From the human T2T-CHM13v2.0 reference genome, Homo sapiens: a stretch of 64,000 nt of DNA. The DNA is taken from contig CP086569.2 in NCBI GenBank assembly GCA_009914755.4, forward strand, positions 23,584,001 to 23,648,000, written 5' to 3'. Under the pieces are notes generated by a model. That model worked only from the letters and a program-made list of their open reading frames with translations. It ran no database searches and was not told the DNA's origin. A program made the position numbers and the translations under genes. Shown piece after piece: positions 14,366-27,131 of the stretch. Position 1 is the first letter of the stretch; every line of letters starts with the position of its first letter.

Positions 14366-14487
14366 TTTACTTTGTGAGACAGGTTTGCTTTGTTGCCCAG
14401 GCTAGAGTGCAGTGACAAGATCTGGGCTCACTGCAACCTCTGCCTTCTGGGTTCAAGCAATTCTCCTGCCTCGGCCTCCTGAGTACC
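14366..14487 (-). mobile_element. Alu fragment (right arm, 5'-truncated) lying in the 3' end of the RBMY-like pseudogene transcript unit
   Basis: TTTGTGAGACAGGTTTGCTTTGTTGCCCAGGCTAGAGTGCAGTGACAAGATCTGGGCTCACTGCAACCTCTGCCTTCTGGGTTCAAGCAATTCTCCTGCCTCGGCCTCCTGAGTA. Confidence 0.8.
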
Positions 14488-14515
14488 ACGGTAACTATTA
14501 TTTTTAATATCTCCT

Positions 14516-14817
14516 TTAATATCTGCTTCAGCCTCCTTTTTCACCTTGTTTTCCCTCACCACTTGCTGTAGATGCCCCATAACTTGAGCTACTGTATCCT
14601 TCACCAGCAGCAGGGTGCACCCTATCCACAGAAGGTAGATTCCTTCATTCCTTTCTGCCACCGCGCTCATGACCACAGGAATATAAATCACCACTGCTTC
14701 ATGAGTAACTCTCCTGACTTCTGCCATATATATCTCATGTACTGTTATAATCATAGTGACTACTTCCACCATAACTCATCCAAGGCTCTCATGCAGGTTG
14801 TTCACCAGGAGAGGTCC
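14516..14817 (-). pseudogene. RBMY-like terminal coding exon (acceptor CAG at 14820-14818; TAA stop at 14518-14516); contains CGA>TGA-type nonsense and 4 further in-frame stops
   Basis: Translation G-TSPGEQPA*EPWMSYGGSSHYDYNST*DIYGRSQESYS*SSGDLYSCGHERGGRKE*RNLPSVDRVHPAAGEGYSSSSYGASTASGEGKQGEKGG*SRY* aligns to my recollection of the RBMY1 C-terminus ([39 protein letters not shown]...GDSSRY*). Confidence 0.8.
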
Positions 14818-15230
14818 CTGCAAGGTTGATAAAATATAGAACTTATAATGAACTACATTTAAACATTTTTAATGGTATCACTAATGCATGTATCAGTTAA
14901 AGTACTATTTGGAAAAATCTGCTTTCCTCTGTCTTCATTGACAGCATATTAATTATGTCTGAAATAGTCAAAAGGTTGCATTTAAAAGAATATAAGAATA
15001 GTATTTTGAAGCATAAGAAAGTTTATTTTAAAGTGAACGTTAAGTCACATTTTCTGAAAATGAACTGAAGTTCTCACCTACATGTTCACCACGCATTATA
15101 CTGTTAACAATTCTCAGTGTTTAAACATGTTATATTTTTCCTTTATGATTTTCCTTAAAATTGTATTAAAACAATAATCTGGTGTATTAAATATAATACT
15201 ATAATTTACAAATCAAACCCTGACACTTAC

Positions 15231-15319
15231 CATAACTCTGATATGCATTTCTGTAAGAACTTCCACTGGGATGTACTAAAGGATCTCTACCACGGCCCCC
15301 ACCACAGCCATCACAGTCA
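15231..15319 (-). pseudogene. RBMY-like exon (phase-consistent with neighbours)
   Basis: ag|TGACTGTGATGGCTGTGGTGGG...CAGAGTTATG|gtaagtg gives (S)DCDGCGGGRGRDPLVHPSGSSYRNAYQSYG, matching recalled RBMY [31 protein letters not shown]. Confidence 0.8.
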
Positions 15320-15400
15320 CTAAATTTAAAAAAGGTTTGCTAACGTCAGCAGGAACAACTTAAGAAATCCCTTTGACAAAATCAGAAAATATTATAGTAC

Positions 15401-15514
15401 CTATATGCTCTAGAGGATTGTTCATTCCAACTAGAATGACCGTAATCATGGTATCCATAATCTCTAGATGGTGGAGCATAATCCCTGGTGTCCCGGGAAC
15501 TTGTATGAATTCTG
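15401..15514 (-). pseudogene. RBMY-like SRGY-box exon (single copy seen; RBMY1 has four)
   Basis: ag|CAGAATTCATACAAGTTCCCGGGACACCAGGGATTATGCTCCACCATCTAGAGATTATGGATACCATGATTACGGTCATTCTAGTTGGAATGAACAATCCTCTAGAGCATATAG|gtactat gives [38 protein letters not shown](S). Confidence 0.8.
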
Positions 15515-15794
15515 CTTGCATAAGTTAAAGCAACAAATTTTAAATTATCAACTTCTAGTATCCAAAACATAAATAACTTACAACTTGAACAAAATGAAGG
15601 GCCAAATACTTGAATACATATTTCTCCAACTAAAATATGCAAATGCTCAAAAAGCACATGGAACAAATAATCATAATTAGTTATTCAGAAATTGCATTTC
15701 AAAACCAAAATGAGATACTATACTGCACACATACTGGAATGGAAATGATTTTTAAAAAGCAGGAAATATCAAGTGTTTGAGAAGATGTAGATAA

Positions 15795-16095
15795 TTTGGA
15801 ACCCTCATACAAATGCTAGTTGGAATGGAAAATGGTGCAGCTACTATGGAGAAATGGGGTGGTTCCTCAAGAAAATAAATACAATTATCATAGGACCAAG
15901 CAATTCCACTCACTCATATATACCAAGAATTGAATAAGTGTATGCAAACAAATATGTGTATATAGAAATACTGTGGTGGAAACAACCCAAACAAAATAAT
16001 GGGTTAGCAGGTTGTGTAAGGAGAGAAGTGCTGCAATGTAAATGAACATTCAGAGCATCATGCAAACGAAAGGAGACAGTTATAAAAAGTCTTGT
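15795..16095 (+). mobile_element. Old L1 (L1M/L1P) ORF2 3'-end fragment inside pseudogene intron
   Basis: Translates to WNGKWCSYYGEMGWFLKKINTIIIGPSNSTHSYIP..., similar to L1 ORF2 C-terminal region (..NQPKCPS..EWIKKMWY-like block). Confidence 0.6.
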
Positions 16096-16098
16096 AGG

Positions 16099-16370
<272 letters not shown>

Positions 16371-16435
<65 letters not shown>

Positions 16436-16438
16436 TCT
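16371..16438. repeat. (TA)n microsatellite, ~68 bp
   Basis: atatatatatatatat... x34. Confidence 0.95.
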
Positions 16439-16610
16439 CCAGCTAAGTAACATCACTGTGTCTTAAATGGCTAAGTTTTAGTTGTTTATAAATATTTCCT
16501 AAATATGATAATCTTACAAATTTACATTTGTCTAAACTAATACAATTTAGTATTTATGTACCAAAGTAGTGCAATACAAACAATAAAAGTTGGTTTAGAA
16601 AACCCAGAAA

Positions 16611-16885
16611 ATGGCTGGGTGCAGTGGCTCATGCCTGTAATCACAGCACTTTGGGAGTCTGAGGTGGGCGGATCACGAAGTTAAGAGATCAAGACCATCC
16701 TGGGCAACATGGTGAAACCCCATCTCTACTAAAAATACAAAAATTCACTGGGCCTCTTGGCACACAACTGTAGTCCCAGCTACACGGGAAGCTAAAGCAG
16801 GAGAATCACTTGGCTGGGAGCCAGAGGTTGCAGTGAGCTGAGATCGTGCCACTGCATTCCAGCCTGGCAACTGAAGAAAATCTAA
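16611..16885 (+). mobile_element. Alu
   Basis: GGCTGGGTGCAGTGGCTCATGCCTGTAATCACAGCACTTTGGGAGTCTGAGGTGGGCGGATCACGAAGTTAAGAGATCAAGACC...GCATTCCAGCCTGGCAACTGAAG. Confidence 0.85.
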
Positions 16886-18266
16886 AAAATAACACAAGAA
16901 TCATTTTATATTGGTGTGAGAGAAAGATGTGGGATAAATGCAGGGTGAAGAGAGAGCAAAAATCTATCAGTTAAATATATAAATATAATCTAGATAAAGA
17001 AAAATAGGAGAAAAATAATATATTACTGTTCATATAATTATGGTATGAAGAAAGCCTCTTCAAAACGTATCATAAGGGTACAACAAATTCCATTCAAAAA
17101 AGCTAAAATATTTACAAAATCAAAAAATGACACCTCAGAAAAATACATTATCTGTAAAATTTGTATCAGAAATACAATCCTTACAAATCCATTATGAAAT
17201 ATTAAATTTTAGCTTAGGCTATGCTCAATTTTAATAATCTTTAAGAATTTAATATTAAATAATAAAAGATATTTTCATATAGCTACAAAAAATGTAGATA
17301 TATTCTAATGCCCTCGTGGTGTCACAGGTAAGAAAATGCATATTCTCATACATGGCAGAGTAGTATTAATCTTCACCCTCAAGATCAATTGAGAAAAAAA
17401 ATACCATGAAGCTATGTACCTTAAAATGGAGCAAACACTGCAATTTCAACTTGAGAAAACATATCCAGTGAATTACACATCTGGTTATTAAAACTCAGAT
17501 GTTAGGTTTTTGAAGGTTGGTTAATAGATAATACAATTGAACCAATTTTTTAAAATACATGGATTTTTTTAAGTAAAAATTGACCCCTCATTCCTATTGA
17601 GTAAATCATTCATAAATACCATTTTCAGTGTCTCATCTTCCAGCAAAGAAACCACTGCTTCATATTTGTGAAGCAGTGGTTTTTAGATTTTCCTGAGTCA
17701 CAGACTCTTTTGAGAAACTGAAGTTATAGATTTCTTAAATGCAAAATGCTTTATGGCAGGCCAATGTGCAAATTACGTATATCAAAATGGCAAAGGAATA
17801 TATTTGTATAGATATTTCCATGTGTATACATAAATAACAAATATTATAAGATCAATCCTAAAATAATGAGTTACTTATTTCCTGTTGGAAGGTTTTCAAG
17901 ATTCCATCTTATTTTGATAATACATTTTATACAAAGTTCTGGCTCCCAAAATAAGAAACTCTATAGCATAATGAATGTAAACGAGTTCTGCAGAAAACCT
18001 GTTGAGTACAGAAAATCAACATTAATAAACTCAATTTGGTTTTAAATGCGTGTTATTTCAATGCAAAGTAATTAAGATTTTAAAATAAAATTTTCATATT
18101 ATTTCTATCTTTCTTATAATTTATCTTTAGTACTTACAAATAATTTTGCTCATTATCAGTAAGTTCATTTTCTGTACATAAAGTAAATAAAATTGAGAAA
18201 TTTTGATATCTTCAAACTTATTGTCTTTCAGTCCTACGGTTCCATCTTTATATTTTAAAACATTAC

Positions 18267-18456
18267 CCAGTTGTCCTTCACATGAGGGACACAACCCTCT
18301 TGTCCTCTACTACCTCCTCTTGCAGATCTCAGACTTCCTGAAGGGCTCCTGTTTCTCCAGGAAGGTGGTGATCTCCACCTACCATCACTTTGAAAAGATG
18401 TTTTCTTGACTTGTTCTACTTTTATTGCTTTTCCATCCAAAGACCAAAAGTATTAA
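18267..18456 (-). pseudogene. RBMY-like exon encoding end of RRM and RGG-rich linker; 5' boundary or frame disrupted
   Basis: ..[59 protein letters not shown]|gtaatg. Recalled RBMY1 has [47 protein letters not shown]. No in-frame AG acceptor in correct phase, so a lesion is presumed. Confidence 0.75.
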
Positions 18457-20830
18457 CTGTCCTATCAATAACACTGTCACATTTAACCAAACACATTTTA
18501 CAAACATTTTTGCATCCACTATATTTCAGTTCTAGATGTTTTCTCCCAAAGCAAATATATTTTTTTTCTGAAATGATGATGTCTTTCACAGTGCCAAATT
18601 TGAGATGTTTACTGACCACATACCTTCCATTAAGGGATCAAACACAAATTCTGTTATTCAAATTCCTTGAAAAGTTTTCCAGTATTAAAAACATCATCTC
18701 AAAAAAAATTAGCCCATCACCCATCTATGGGATAATGTAGCACATCTCTTTTTTCCAATGTATGATCTACTTCATCTTTGTAGTCACATCACTTATTTAA
18801 TTGTTTCAGTGTCCCAAGGGTATATGTAATAATGTGTCATCTAATAAAAAGATTATTTATTCCAAGTGATTAGCCATATTATTCATTCTGAATTGTTTCT
18901 TGTTTGTTCTGCTAATACTTACATAAAATGTCCCAATATGATTTACAATTCTATATTTAGTCTAGTTCTGTTTCTGTAACTGTGATCCTTCCTTGGTCTC
19001 ATTCAGATTTTTTGCCTTACTCATTTATTATCTTGCCTTAGAAGAGTCCCTAATAAATGACTCTTAATATAGTACTTCATGTTATTTCTCAGAAATGCTT
19101 AAATGTTCTAATTAATTTCATAATAACTTTCTTCAGTTTAATCTTTTCTATAGGCTAAGGTAATTTTTGAAAAAAAATGTCAGCAAAAATTGTATTTAAA
19201 AATGGCATTGCTTTGTTTTTGGGGGAAGATCTTAAATCCTTTCCAAGACCTCTTGCAGTTACATAGGCAGTCGTTTCAACCTTGGGACTTCTTTTGTTAT
19301 TTCTGGGCCCAAAATATGTTCCCCAGATTTGCACATGACTGCTTCCTTCCCAGTATTCGGAAGTCAACCAAACTTTCTTAAACTGTTCATTCCCCCTGAA
19401 ACCTCTAAGTACTTCCTTTATTTCCATTCTTAACTTTTGTGTGCATATTACATTTATATTTGTTCTTACACAATAAGATATGTTAGATGAAGTAATTTAG
19501 AATTTCTACAGAAATCATCTGTTCTTGTGCTTGAAAACTTTGAGGAAAAAGAAATTATTACTATACATCAGTCAAAATTATTTCCATACCTAACACCAAA
19601 CCATGAGCAACTTTCAGTTTCTACCCAAATTTAAAATATGAAAGTATAAAGGTGAATAAAAATGTACTTTCTTCGATGAACCAGGAAGTGTGCTAGATGT
19701 ACCAGAAATAAAAGCAACTAGGAAAACTTAAATATGCACTAAAGACAATTATCAACAGATTAATACATGGTACAGTGAGGACAAAATACCCACAATATAA
19801 AATAAAGAAGAAAATGTAAAATCTAAGCTGTCTTTGAAGCATAAGTTGCTATTTGTGAGACATATGCCAGGAAGAATAACTCTTAAGAAGTCCGAAAAAG
19901 CATATTGGTGAAAGCATGAAGAGTAACGGGAACTAAAAAGAGACTGAGATGATGTTATAAAACAAAACAGCTCCAACGTACCCAGAATGCAATGATTTTG
20001 ATGGTAATACAAAGGAATTCAGTAGGTAATAGAATTATAAAAAGGTTTACAGCTGTAATAAACACACAATCCCTAGAATTTAAGATTCAGTAAGACAGAG
20101 ACAATTGGTTGGATCAAAATAAGTCCTCAAACACACTGGTAAAATGAGTCATTAGGTATTCATGTTACATAAATCACTCTGGTGACAGGATAAAAATGAT
20201 TTTAGGAGAAAAAGAGCAAGGATGGGGCAGAAATGCCAGTTAGTAGTTCTGTTACCCAACTTCAATGTACTCATATTATTTTCTACTTTCAAGTACTTAA
20301 CATTTCCTTAAATGTAAAGGTCTTGTTTAAATACACTTGCTTAAGAATGTACTTTCAGAAAATGAGAAAGAATCTTTCCTTCTTGTGAGTCGGTCTAGAT
20401 GTCTCTCTGTATAAGATTTCCATCTTGTAAGTCCGTCTACCTGTCTATCCATAGTTTGTCTATGCTATAGAAGTATTTCCATGAATTGGAAGTAATTCCA
20501 TTAATAGAATTTAATAAATGCTGATTTATTTATCTCACTTTTGTGAGGGTTCCTTCTAAGTTTTAAAGCTGCTTGAAAGCTTTGAAAATCTATTTATACT
20601 TGTATTTAAATACTAACATACAAATAAGATTACCATATATTGATTTATGTAACATTTATTCCAATATCCTTCCAACTACCGTTGCACTTAGATGACCAAA
20701 AGAAGAGGATGGCTAAAGCATTTCAGATCATATGACATTATGCTATCTTCAAAAGTTTAGTAATATGAAAAAGACCTTGAAATTCTGTTAAGTGAGGAAC
20801 AGTTAGGATATTATTAATAAGGGACTCTTA

Positions 20831-20933
20831 CGTTTCCCTTCATATCTTTGACAGCATTCTTAGCATCTGCAGGTTTTCAAAATAAGTACAAAGCATCTGA
20901 AGTTGCTGGTTTCCCAATCATTTATCAAAAGAA
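20831..20933 (-). pseudogene. RBMY-like RRM exon with frameshifts
   Basis: ttttag|TTCTTTTGATAAATGATTGG...TTTGAAAACCTGCAGATGCTAAGAATGCTGTCAAAGATATGAAGGGAAACG|gtaagag. VLLI..FEN then a 1-nt deletion relative to the expected ..FENPADAKNAAKDMNGK reading (ours: ADAKNAVKDMKGN after the shift). Confidence 0.75.
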
Positions 20934-21225
20934 CTAAAATATATGAAAACATTTTACATTTATATAATGGACTCACCATAGTACTAACAAACCAAAAAAA
21001 TTGCATTTCACATCATTACTATGATTTTTAATACTAAGTCACCTCTGTATTCAGCCTATTTTATTCCAATTTGCTCCCTACCTCCACAACATATGTACTT
21101 TTGCTCAGTTTCCTTTCTCAGTAGTAGGTAACCTTTACCAAAGAACCTTCGCCTGCTGCCATAAGAATTTTCCCAGTATCGAAAAGAAACTTGAAAATAA
21201 CACTTTAAAACAAATATATATTTTA

Positions 21226-21501
<276 letters not shown>

Positions 21502-21825
21502 CTAGATAACAATAAATAAGCCAAAAGATAAAATTTTATTACATACTGTGTTGAAAACTCTAGGGAAATTCCCTTACGGAGGCTGACATCTTTCTACTAT
21601 TTCTTAATTTAAGTAGTTAAAATTTGTAACATGCAGAGCGAAAGGGGCAGTGACTTCATGGACAAATGCTGCATTTTAATACGTACCTGACAAAAACTTG
21701 TTTGTAAAAATGAGATGAGAAAAGCTATTGTAATTTTCTTAAGCTGTAATACGCAGAATGCCCCATTTAAATAATTCTATTTGAAAACTATATATTTATA
21801 CAGTACAATGTGATGTTTTGTGTTT

Positions 21826-22110
21826 TTTTTTTCTTGAGATGTCAATTTCCTATTGCCAATGTGCACTGCTCACTGCAGCCTCCTCTACCGAGCCTCAAGT
21901 GATCCTCCCACGTTTCAGCTTCCCAAATAGCTAGGACTACAGGAGATCACTATCACAGCTTGTAGGCATTTTTTTTGTGTGTTTCTTTAACAGACACGGT
22001 TTCCCCATGGTACCCAAGCTGGTCTCGAACTCCTGGGCTCAAGCGATCTTCTGGCCTGGTGCCACCAAGGTGATGAGACTTGAAGGGTGAATGTCCACGC
22101 CCAGCTTGAT
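21826..22110 (-). mobile_element. Alu (old, diverged), reverse orientation
   Basis: poly-T..GAGATGTCAATTTCC..CACTGCAGCCTCCTCTACCGAGCCTCAAGTGATCCTCCCACGTTTCAGCTTCCCAAATAGCTAGGACTACAGGAG...GGTACCCAAGCTGGTCTCGAACTCCTGGGCTCAAGCGATCTTC. Confidence 0.75.
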
Positions 22111-22212
22111 ATTTTAATAAATGATTAAATCAAGTTAAATAAAATACATGCTTTCTTCGGGGAGAATATTTTAAATTGTTTGCAATATTTTAGTGATTTG
22201 AAATATACAATA

Positions 22213-22700
22213 GATCAGGGATCCCCAAACCCTGGTCTCCAACCGGTATCTGTCTGTGGCCTGTTAGGAACCTGGCTGCAGAACAGGTGGTGAACCTCTG
22301 GCACTGCCTGAGCCCCGCCTCCTGTCAGATCAGCGAAGACATTGGGTTCTCACAGGAGTAAGAGCCCTACTGTGAACTGCGCATACGAGGATCTAGGTGG
22401 CGCTCTCCCTAGAAGATTGTAATGCCTGAGTGTGACCTGAGGTGGAACAGTTTCATCCAGAATCCATCCTCCCTATTCCCCGCTGGCCTGCCCTGTCCCC
22501 CTCGCAGCCCCGCTGTCCCACCACTGCCCCCCGTCACACTGCTCTGGCCTGAAACCCCTTCCTACACTGTACTCCTCCTGGAACGGCCGCCCCCAACCTC
22601 CCCAAGGTGTCCACCTCACCACCTTCTCCCCCTGCTCTCCTCTTGTCTGTGGAAAAATGCCTTCCACTAAACCTGTCCCTGGTGCCAAAATGGCAATAAA
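22213..22700. mobile_element. Ancient interspersed repeat (non-autonomous DNA-transposon-like, MER-type) with internal C/T-rich expansion
   Basis: GATCCCCAAACCCTGGTCTCCAACCGGTATCTGTCTGTGGCCTGTTAGGAACCTGGCTGCAGAACAGGTGGTGAAC...GCCCCGCCTCCTGTCAGATCAGCGAAGACATTGGGTTCTCACAGGAGTAAGAGCCCTACTGTGAACTGCGCATACGAGGATCTAGGTGGCGCTCTCC...TGAGGTGGAACAGTTTCATCC...CTGTCCCTGGTGCCAAAATGG matches a common mammalian repeat consensus I cannot name with certainty. Confidence 0.55.
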
Positions 22701-22721
22701 TTAAAGGAGCTCATTATATTA

Positions 22722-22812
22722 TGCAGGATGGTCTCCAACTCGTGATTCCAAGCCATCCTCACACCTCCTCTTCCCAAAATAGTAGGATTACAAGAGTAAG
22801 TCAGTGTGCCAA
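22722..22812 (-). mobile_element. Alu fragment
   Basis: GCAGGATGGTCTCCAACTCGTGATTCCAAGCCATCCTCACACCTCCTCTTCCCAAAATAGTAGGATTACAAGAGTAAGTCAGTGTGCC. Confidence 0.7.
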
Positions 22813-25800
22813 GTTAGTAGAATAACTTAAACGCATTTATTTTTTCTCCGTTTTAGGATATCACCATTTATCTCGATTACACCCACTTATTCGGTTTAAA
22901 TTACTTACGGTGCCAGAGATAAATGAAACATGTTTCAAATACTGTCATACAATGAAGGAGACAAAGGCTTTTCGGAGACAAATTTAAACTGAGATTATTT
23001 GTGGCCCCAGATTTCCTCATAACACTAAAGTAACGCAATTTGTCAAAAGTTCATAATTCCTCTCAAGCAAATCACAAATTTGACATGTGATGAGTAAAAG
23101 TACCAGTTTTTAATCAAATGGTTAAGTATATTGTCGATTTATTTGAATTATGACCACATTCACAGAGAAAAAACGCTTTAACAAAAAGTGCACATGAAAA
23201 AAATGGCGCCCTAGCTCCGTCTCCCACAGCTTGCTGGCATGTCGGAAATTTACGACGGTAAAGGGAAGAATCCTCAAGAAAAATCAGTGAGTTTAACAAA
23301 AGTGAGTTTCTTAATAGCACTAAGGAGTTCTCTCCCTACTGTTTCTTCCCATAATTCAACACCCACACATTGAAAACCCATCCTCCTGAATAGACAAAAT
23401 CCAAAAACTTCAGGGTCTTTGTATTCATGCCAAGAAACGAATCTGTGCAAAGAAACATAAAATAAAGCTGCTTTTTGGTAGCACAAACTGATATCCAACA
23501 CTTTCAGATATACAGTTGTACTCATAAACATAAGTCCACACCCAATAACAATTATAACATTTCTTAACATTTGCCAAAAAAAAAGCCTGAGAGAAATGGT
23601 CTTTACCACATTTCATCTATTTGCAGGAGATGACTTAGACATTAACTCTTTCTCCTGAGATAAAAACATGTCCACTCTGCTTAAATTTATGAATTTTTTA
23701 CCTCATTTTCCTGATTTTCTGAGAACACCCGTACGCGACCCCCTGTCACCAGGGGCTGAAGGAACAGTAGAGGCTAGAGGCATACCCAGCTAAAAAGCTT
23801 AGAAACTCGGATGTACCACCCGCCGCGAGAGCCGCAGAGGAAGCAGGGAAAGAGGAGCATAACATAAATCAAAGGAAGGGTGGCCCAAGAAACTTCTGTA
23901 TTTAAAAAAAATAAGGAAAGAAAATTAAAATGCCAAAATACGTTATACATTGTTTTCATTTTTTACTGTCTTCAACTGTGGTAGTCTGATCAACCTTAAA
24001 AGAAGTATTTTTATTATGAAATAGTCATCCATGTTTCATCCCCCTCTCAAATATTAGCAATAAGCTCACTCTACATGGTGTCTGCTTATTTTGTAAAATA
24101 ATGCATAAAGGGGAAAAATAATAATTAAATTTAAAGAAGTTTACAAGAAGCAAGCAATAATGAGTAAAATAACATTAAAAGAAAGCGAGAAAAATAAATC
24201 AATTAGGAATGTAAAGTTTCCAAATCTTAATCTTGTATCTTCTCTTTTTGGTTGTCATATATATTTGGAGACCTTATTTTATTTGCTTAGTAGATAAATG
24301 CAGTGATTTGACCCAAACTACCAAAATTAAAAATATATATATACACACATAGGCAATTTCTCTGTCCTCAATTTGTGTATAATAAATAGCATTCTTCATT
24401 AACAGAGCTCTAGTAAAATAAATATTTTATTTATGTTCCTGAAAAAAATATTTTATTAGCTGAACGACTGTATTTTCCATGGTAAAATTATTTCATTCTA
24501 TGAATTGTGTTGCAAAATAAAAGGTAACTTAAGAAAATACTTTTAAATATCTATGCAATGCAAACCAAACTTATTTTTCTGAGTTTGTCTATAAATTGTG
24601 CGTACCAGAATTTAAAAGAACATTTCTTTAAAAAGTGCTTACTTATAAGCCACATTTTAAGTGCTTTATATTAATTTAACAAATTAAAACCTATACATTG
24701 TATACTCACACTTATGAACTACTTAGTTCACAAAGTATACCATAACAATATAGAGCTGACTGTGTCTGCATAAATATTTTAATTTATCTTTTCAATATTT
24801 TCTTTTCTGATGAATAACCTAACAGTAAAAGCATGCTCTGAAGGTAAAGATATTCTTACATGTTTACGTATATTTTAGAAAAATGTTTCTTAAATTATGG
24901 CTACAAATCTATTGGCATTATTAGTTTCTTTCTTTTTTTATTACACTTTAAGTTTTAGGCTACATGTGCACAACGTGCACGTTTGTTACATATGTATACA
25001 TGTGCCATGTTGGTGTGCTGCACCCATTAACTCATCATTTACGTTAGGTGTATCTCCTAATGCTATCCCTCCCCCCTCCCCCAACCCTCCACCCCACAAC
25101 AGGCCCTGGTGTGTGATGTTCCCCTTCCTGTGTCCAAGTGTTCTCATTGTTCAGTTCCCATCTATGAGTGAGAACATGTGGTGTTTGGTTTCTGTCCTTG
25201 TGGTAGTTTGCTGAGAATGATGATTTCCAGCTTCATCCATGTCCCTGCAAAGGACAAGAACTCATCCATGTCCCTGCAAAGACATGAACTCATCCTTTTT
25301 TATGGCTGCACAGTATTCCATAGTGTATATGTGCCACATTTTCTTAATCCAGTCTATCATTGTTGGACATTTGGGTTGGTTCCAAGTCTGCTATTGTGAA
25401 TGATGCCGCAATAAACATACGTGTGCATGTGTCTTTATAGCAACATGATTTATAATCTTTTGGGTGTATACCCAGTAATGGGATGGCTGGGCCGAATGGT
25501 ATTTCTAGTTCCAGATCCCTGAGGAATCACCACACTGACTTCCACAATGGTTGAGCTAGTTTACAGTCCCACCAACAGTGTAAAAGTGTTCCTATTTCTC
25601 CACATCCTCTCCAGCACCTGTTGTTTCCTGACTTTTTAATGAACTCCATTCTAACTGGTGTGAGATGGTATCTCATTGTGGTTTTGATTTGCATTTCTCT
25701 GATGGCCCGTGATGATGAGCATTTTTTCATGTGTCTTTTGGCTGCATACATGTCTTCTTCTGAGAAGTGTCTGTTCATATCCTTCGCCCGCTTTTTGAAG

Positions 25801-26990
25801 GGGTTGTTTGTTTTTTTCTTGTAAATTTGTTTGAGTTCTTTGTAGATTCTGGATATTAACCCTTTGTCAGATGAGTAGATTGCAAACATTTTCTCCCATT
25901 CTGTAGGTTGCCCGTTTGCTCTTTTGGTAGTTTCTTTTGCTGTGCAGAAGCGCTTTAGTTTCATTAGGTCCCATTTGTGAATTTTGGCTTGTGTTGTCAT
26001 TGCTTCTTGTGTTTTAGACATGAAGTCCTTACACATGACTATGTCCTGAATGGTATTGCCTAGGTTTTCTTCTAGGATTTTTCTGGTTTTAGGTCTAACA
26101 TTTAGGTCTTTAACCCATCTTGAATTAATTTTTGTGTAAGGTGTAAGGAAGGGATCCAGTTTCCGCTTTCTATATATGGCTAGTTAGTTTTCCTAGCACC
26201 ATTTATTAAATAGGGAATCCTTTTCCCATTTCTTTTTCTTTCTCAGGTTTGTCAAAGGTCAGATAGTTGTAGATGTGTGGCATTATTTCTGAGGTCTCTG
26301 TTCTGTTCCATTGGTCTATATCTCTGGTTTGGTACCAGTACCATGCTGTTTTGGTTACTGTAGCCTTGTAGTGTAGTTTGAAGTCAGGTAGCATGATGCC
26401 ACCAGCTTTGTTCTTTTGGCTTAGGATTGGCCTGGCAGTGCGGGCTCTTTTTTGGTTCCATATGAACTTTAAAGTAGTTTTTTTCCAATTCTGTGCGGAA
26501 AGTCATTGGTAGCTTGATGGGCATGGCACTGAATCTGTAAATTACCTTGGGCAGTATGGCCATTTTCACGATATTGATTCTTCCTACCCATGAGCATGGA
26601 ATGTTCTTCCATTTGTTTGTATCCTCTTTTATTTAATTGAGCAGTGGTTTGTAGTTCTCCTTGAAGTGGTCCTTCACATCCCTTGTAAGTTGGATTCCTA
26701 GGTATTTTATTCTCTTTGAAGCAATTGTGAATGGGAGTTCACTCATGATTTGGCTCTCTTTGTCTGTTATTGGTGTATAAGAATGCTTGTGATTTTTGCA
26801 CATTGATTTTGTATCCCGAGGTTTTGCTGAGGTTGCTTATCAGCTTAAGAAGATTTTGGGCTGAGACAATAGGGTTTTCTAGATATACAATCCTGTCATC
26901 TGCAAACAGGGACAATTTGACTTCCTGATTTCCTAATTGAATACCTTTTATTTCCTTCTCCTGCCTGACTGCCCTGGCCAGAAATTCCTA

Positions 26991-27131
<141 letters not shown>

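Noticed and set aside
14428-14772. 114-aa minus-strand ORF (MVEVVTMIITVHEIY...[19 protein letters not shown])
   Set aside because: It is an out-of-frame reading of the RBMY-like terminal exon that runs on into an Alu fragment (the EAEAG..EPRRQRLQ tail is Alu-encoded). The RBMY reading frame of the same DNA terminates at TAA 14518-14516.
15382-15666. 94-aa minus-strand ORF reported in the ORF track
   Set aside because: Only its C-terminal 38 aa (the SRGY-box exon) are real RBMY-like coding sequence. The N-terminal part is intronic read-through. The ORF as listed is not a gene model.
22422-22670. Proline-rich 82-aa ORF (…PCPPRSPAVPPLPPVTLLWPETPSYTVLLLERPPPTSPRCPP…)
   Set aside because: It lies inside a C/T-rich expansion within an ancient MER-type interspersed repeat. 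It is low-complexity translation of a polypyrimidine tract, not a gene.
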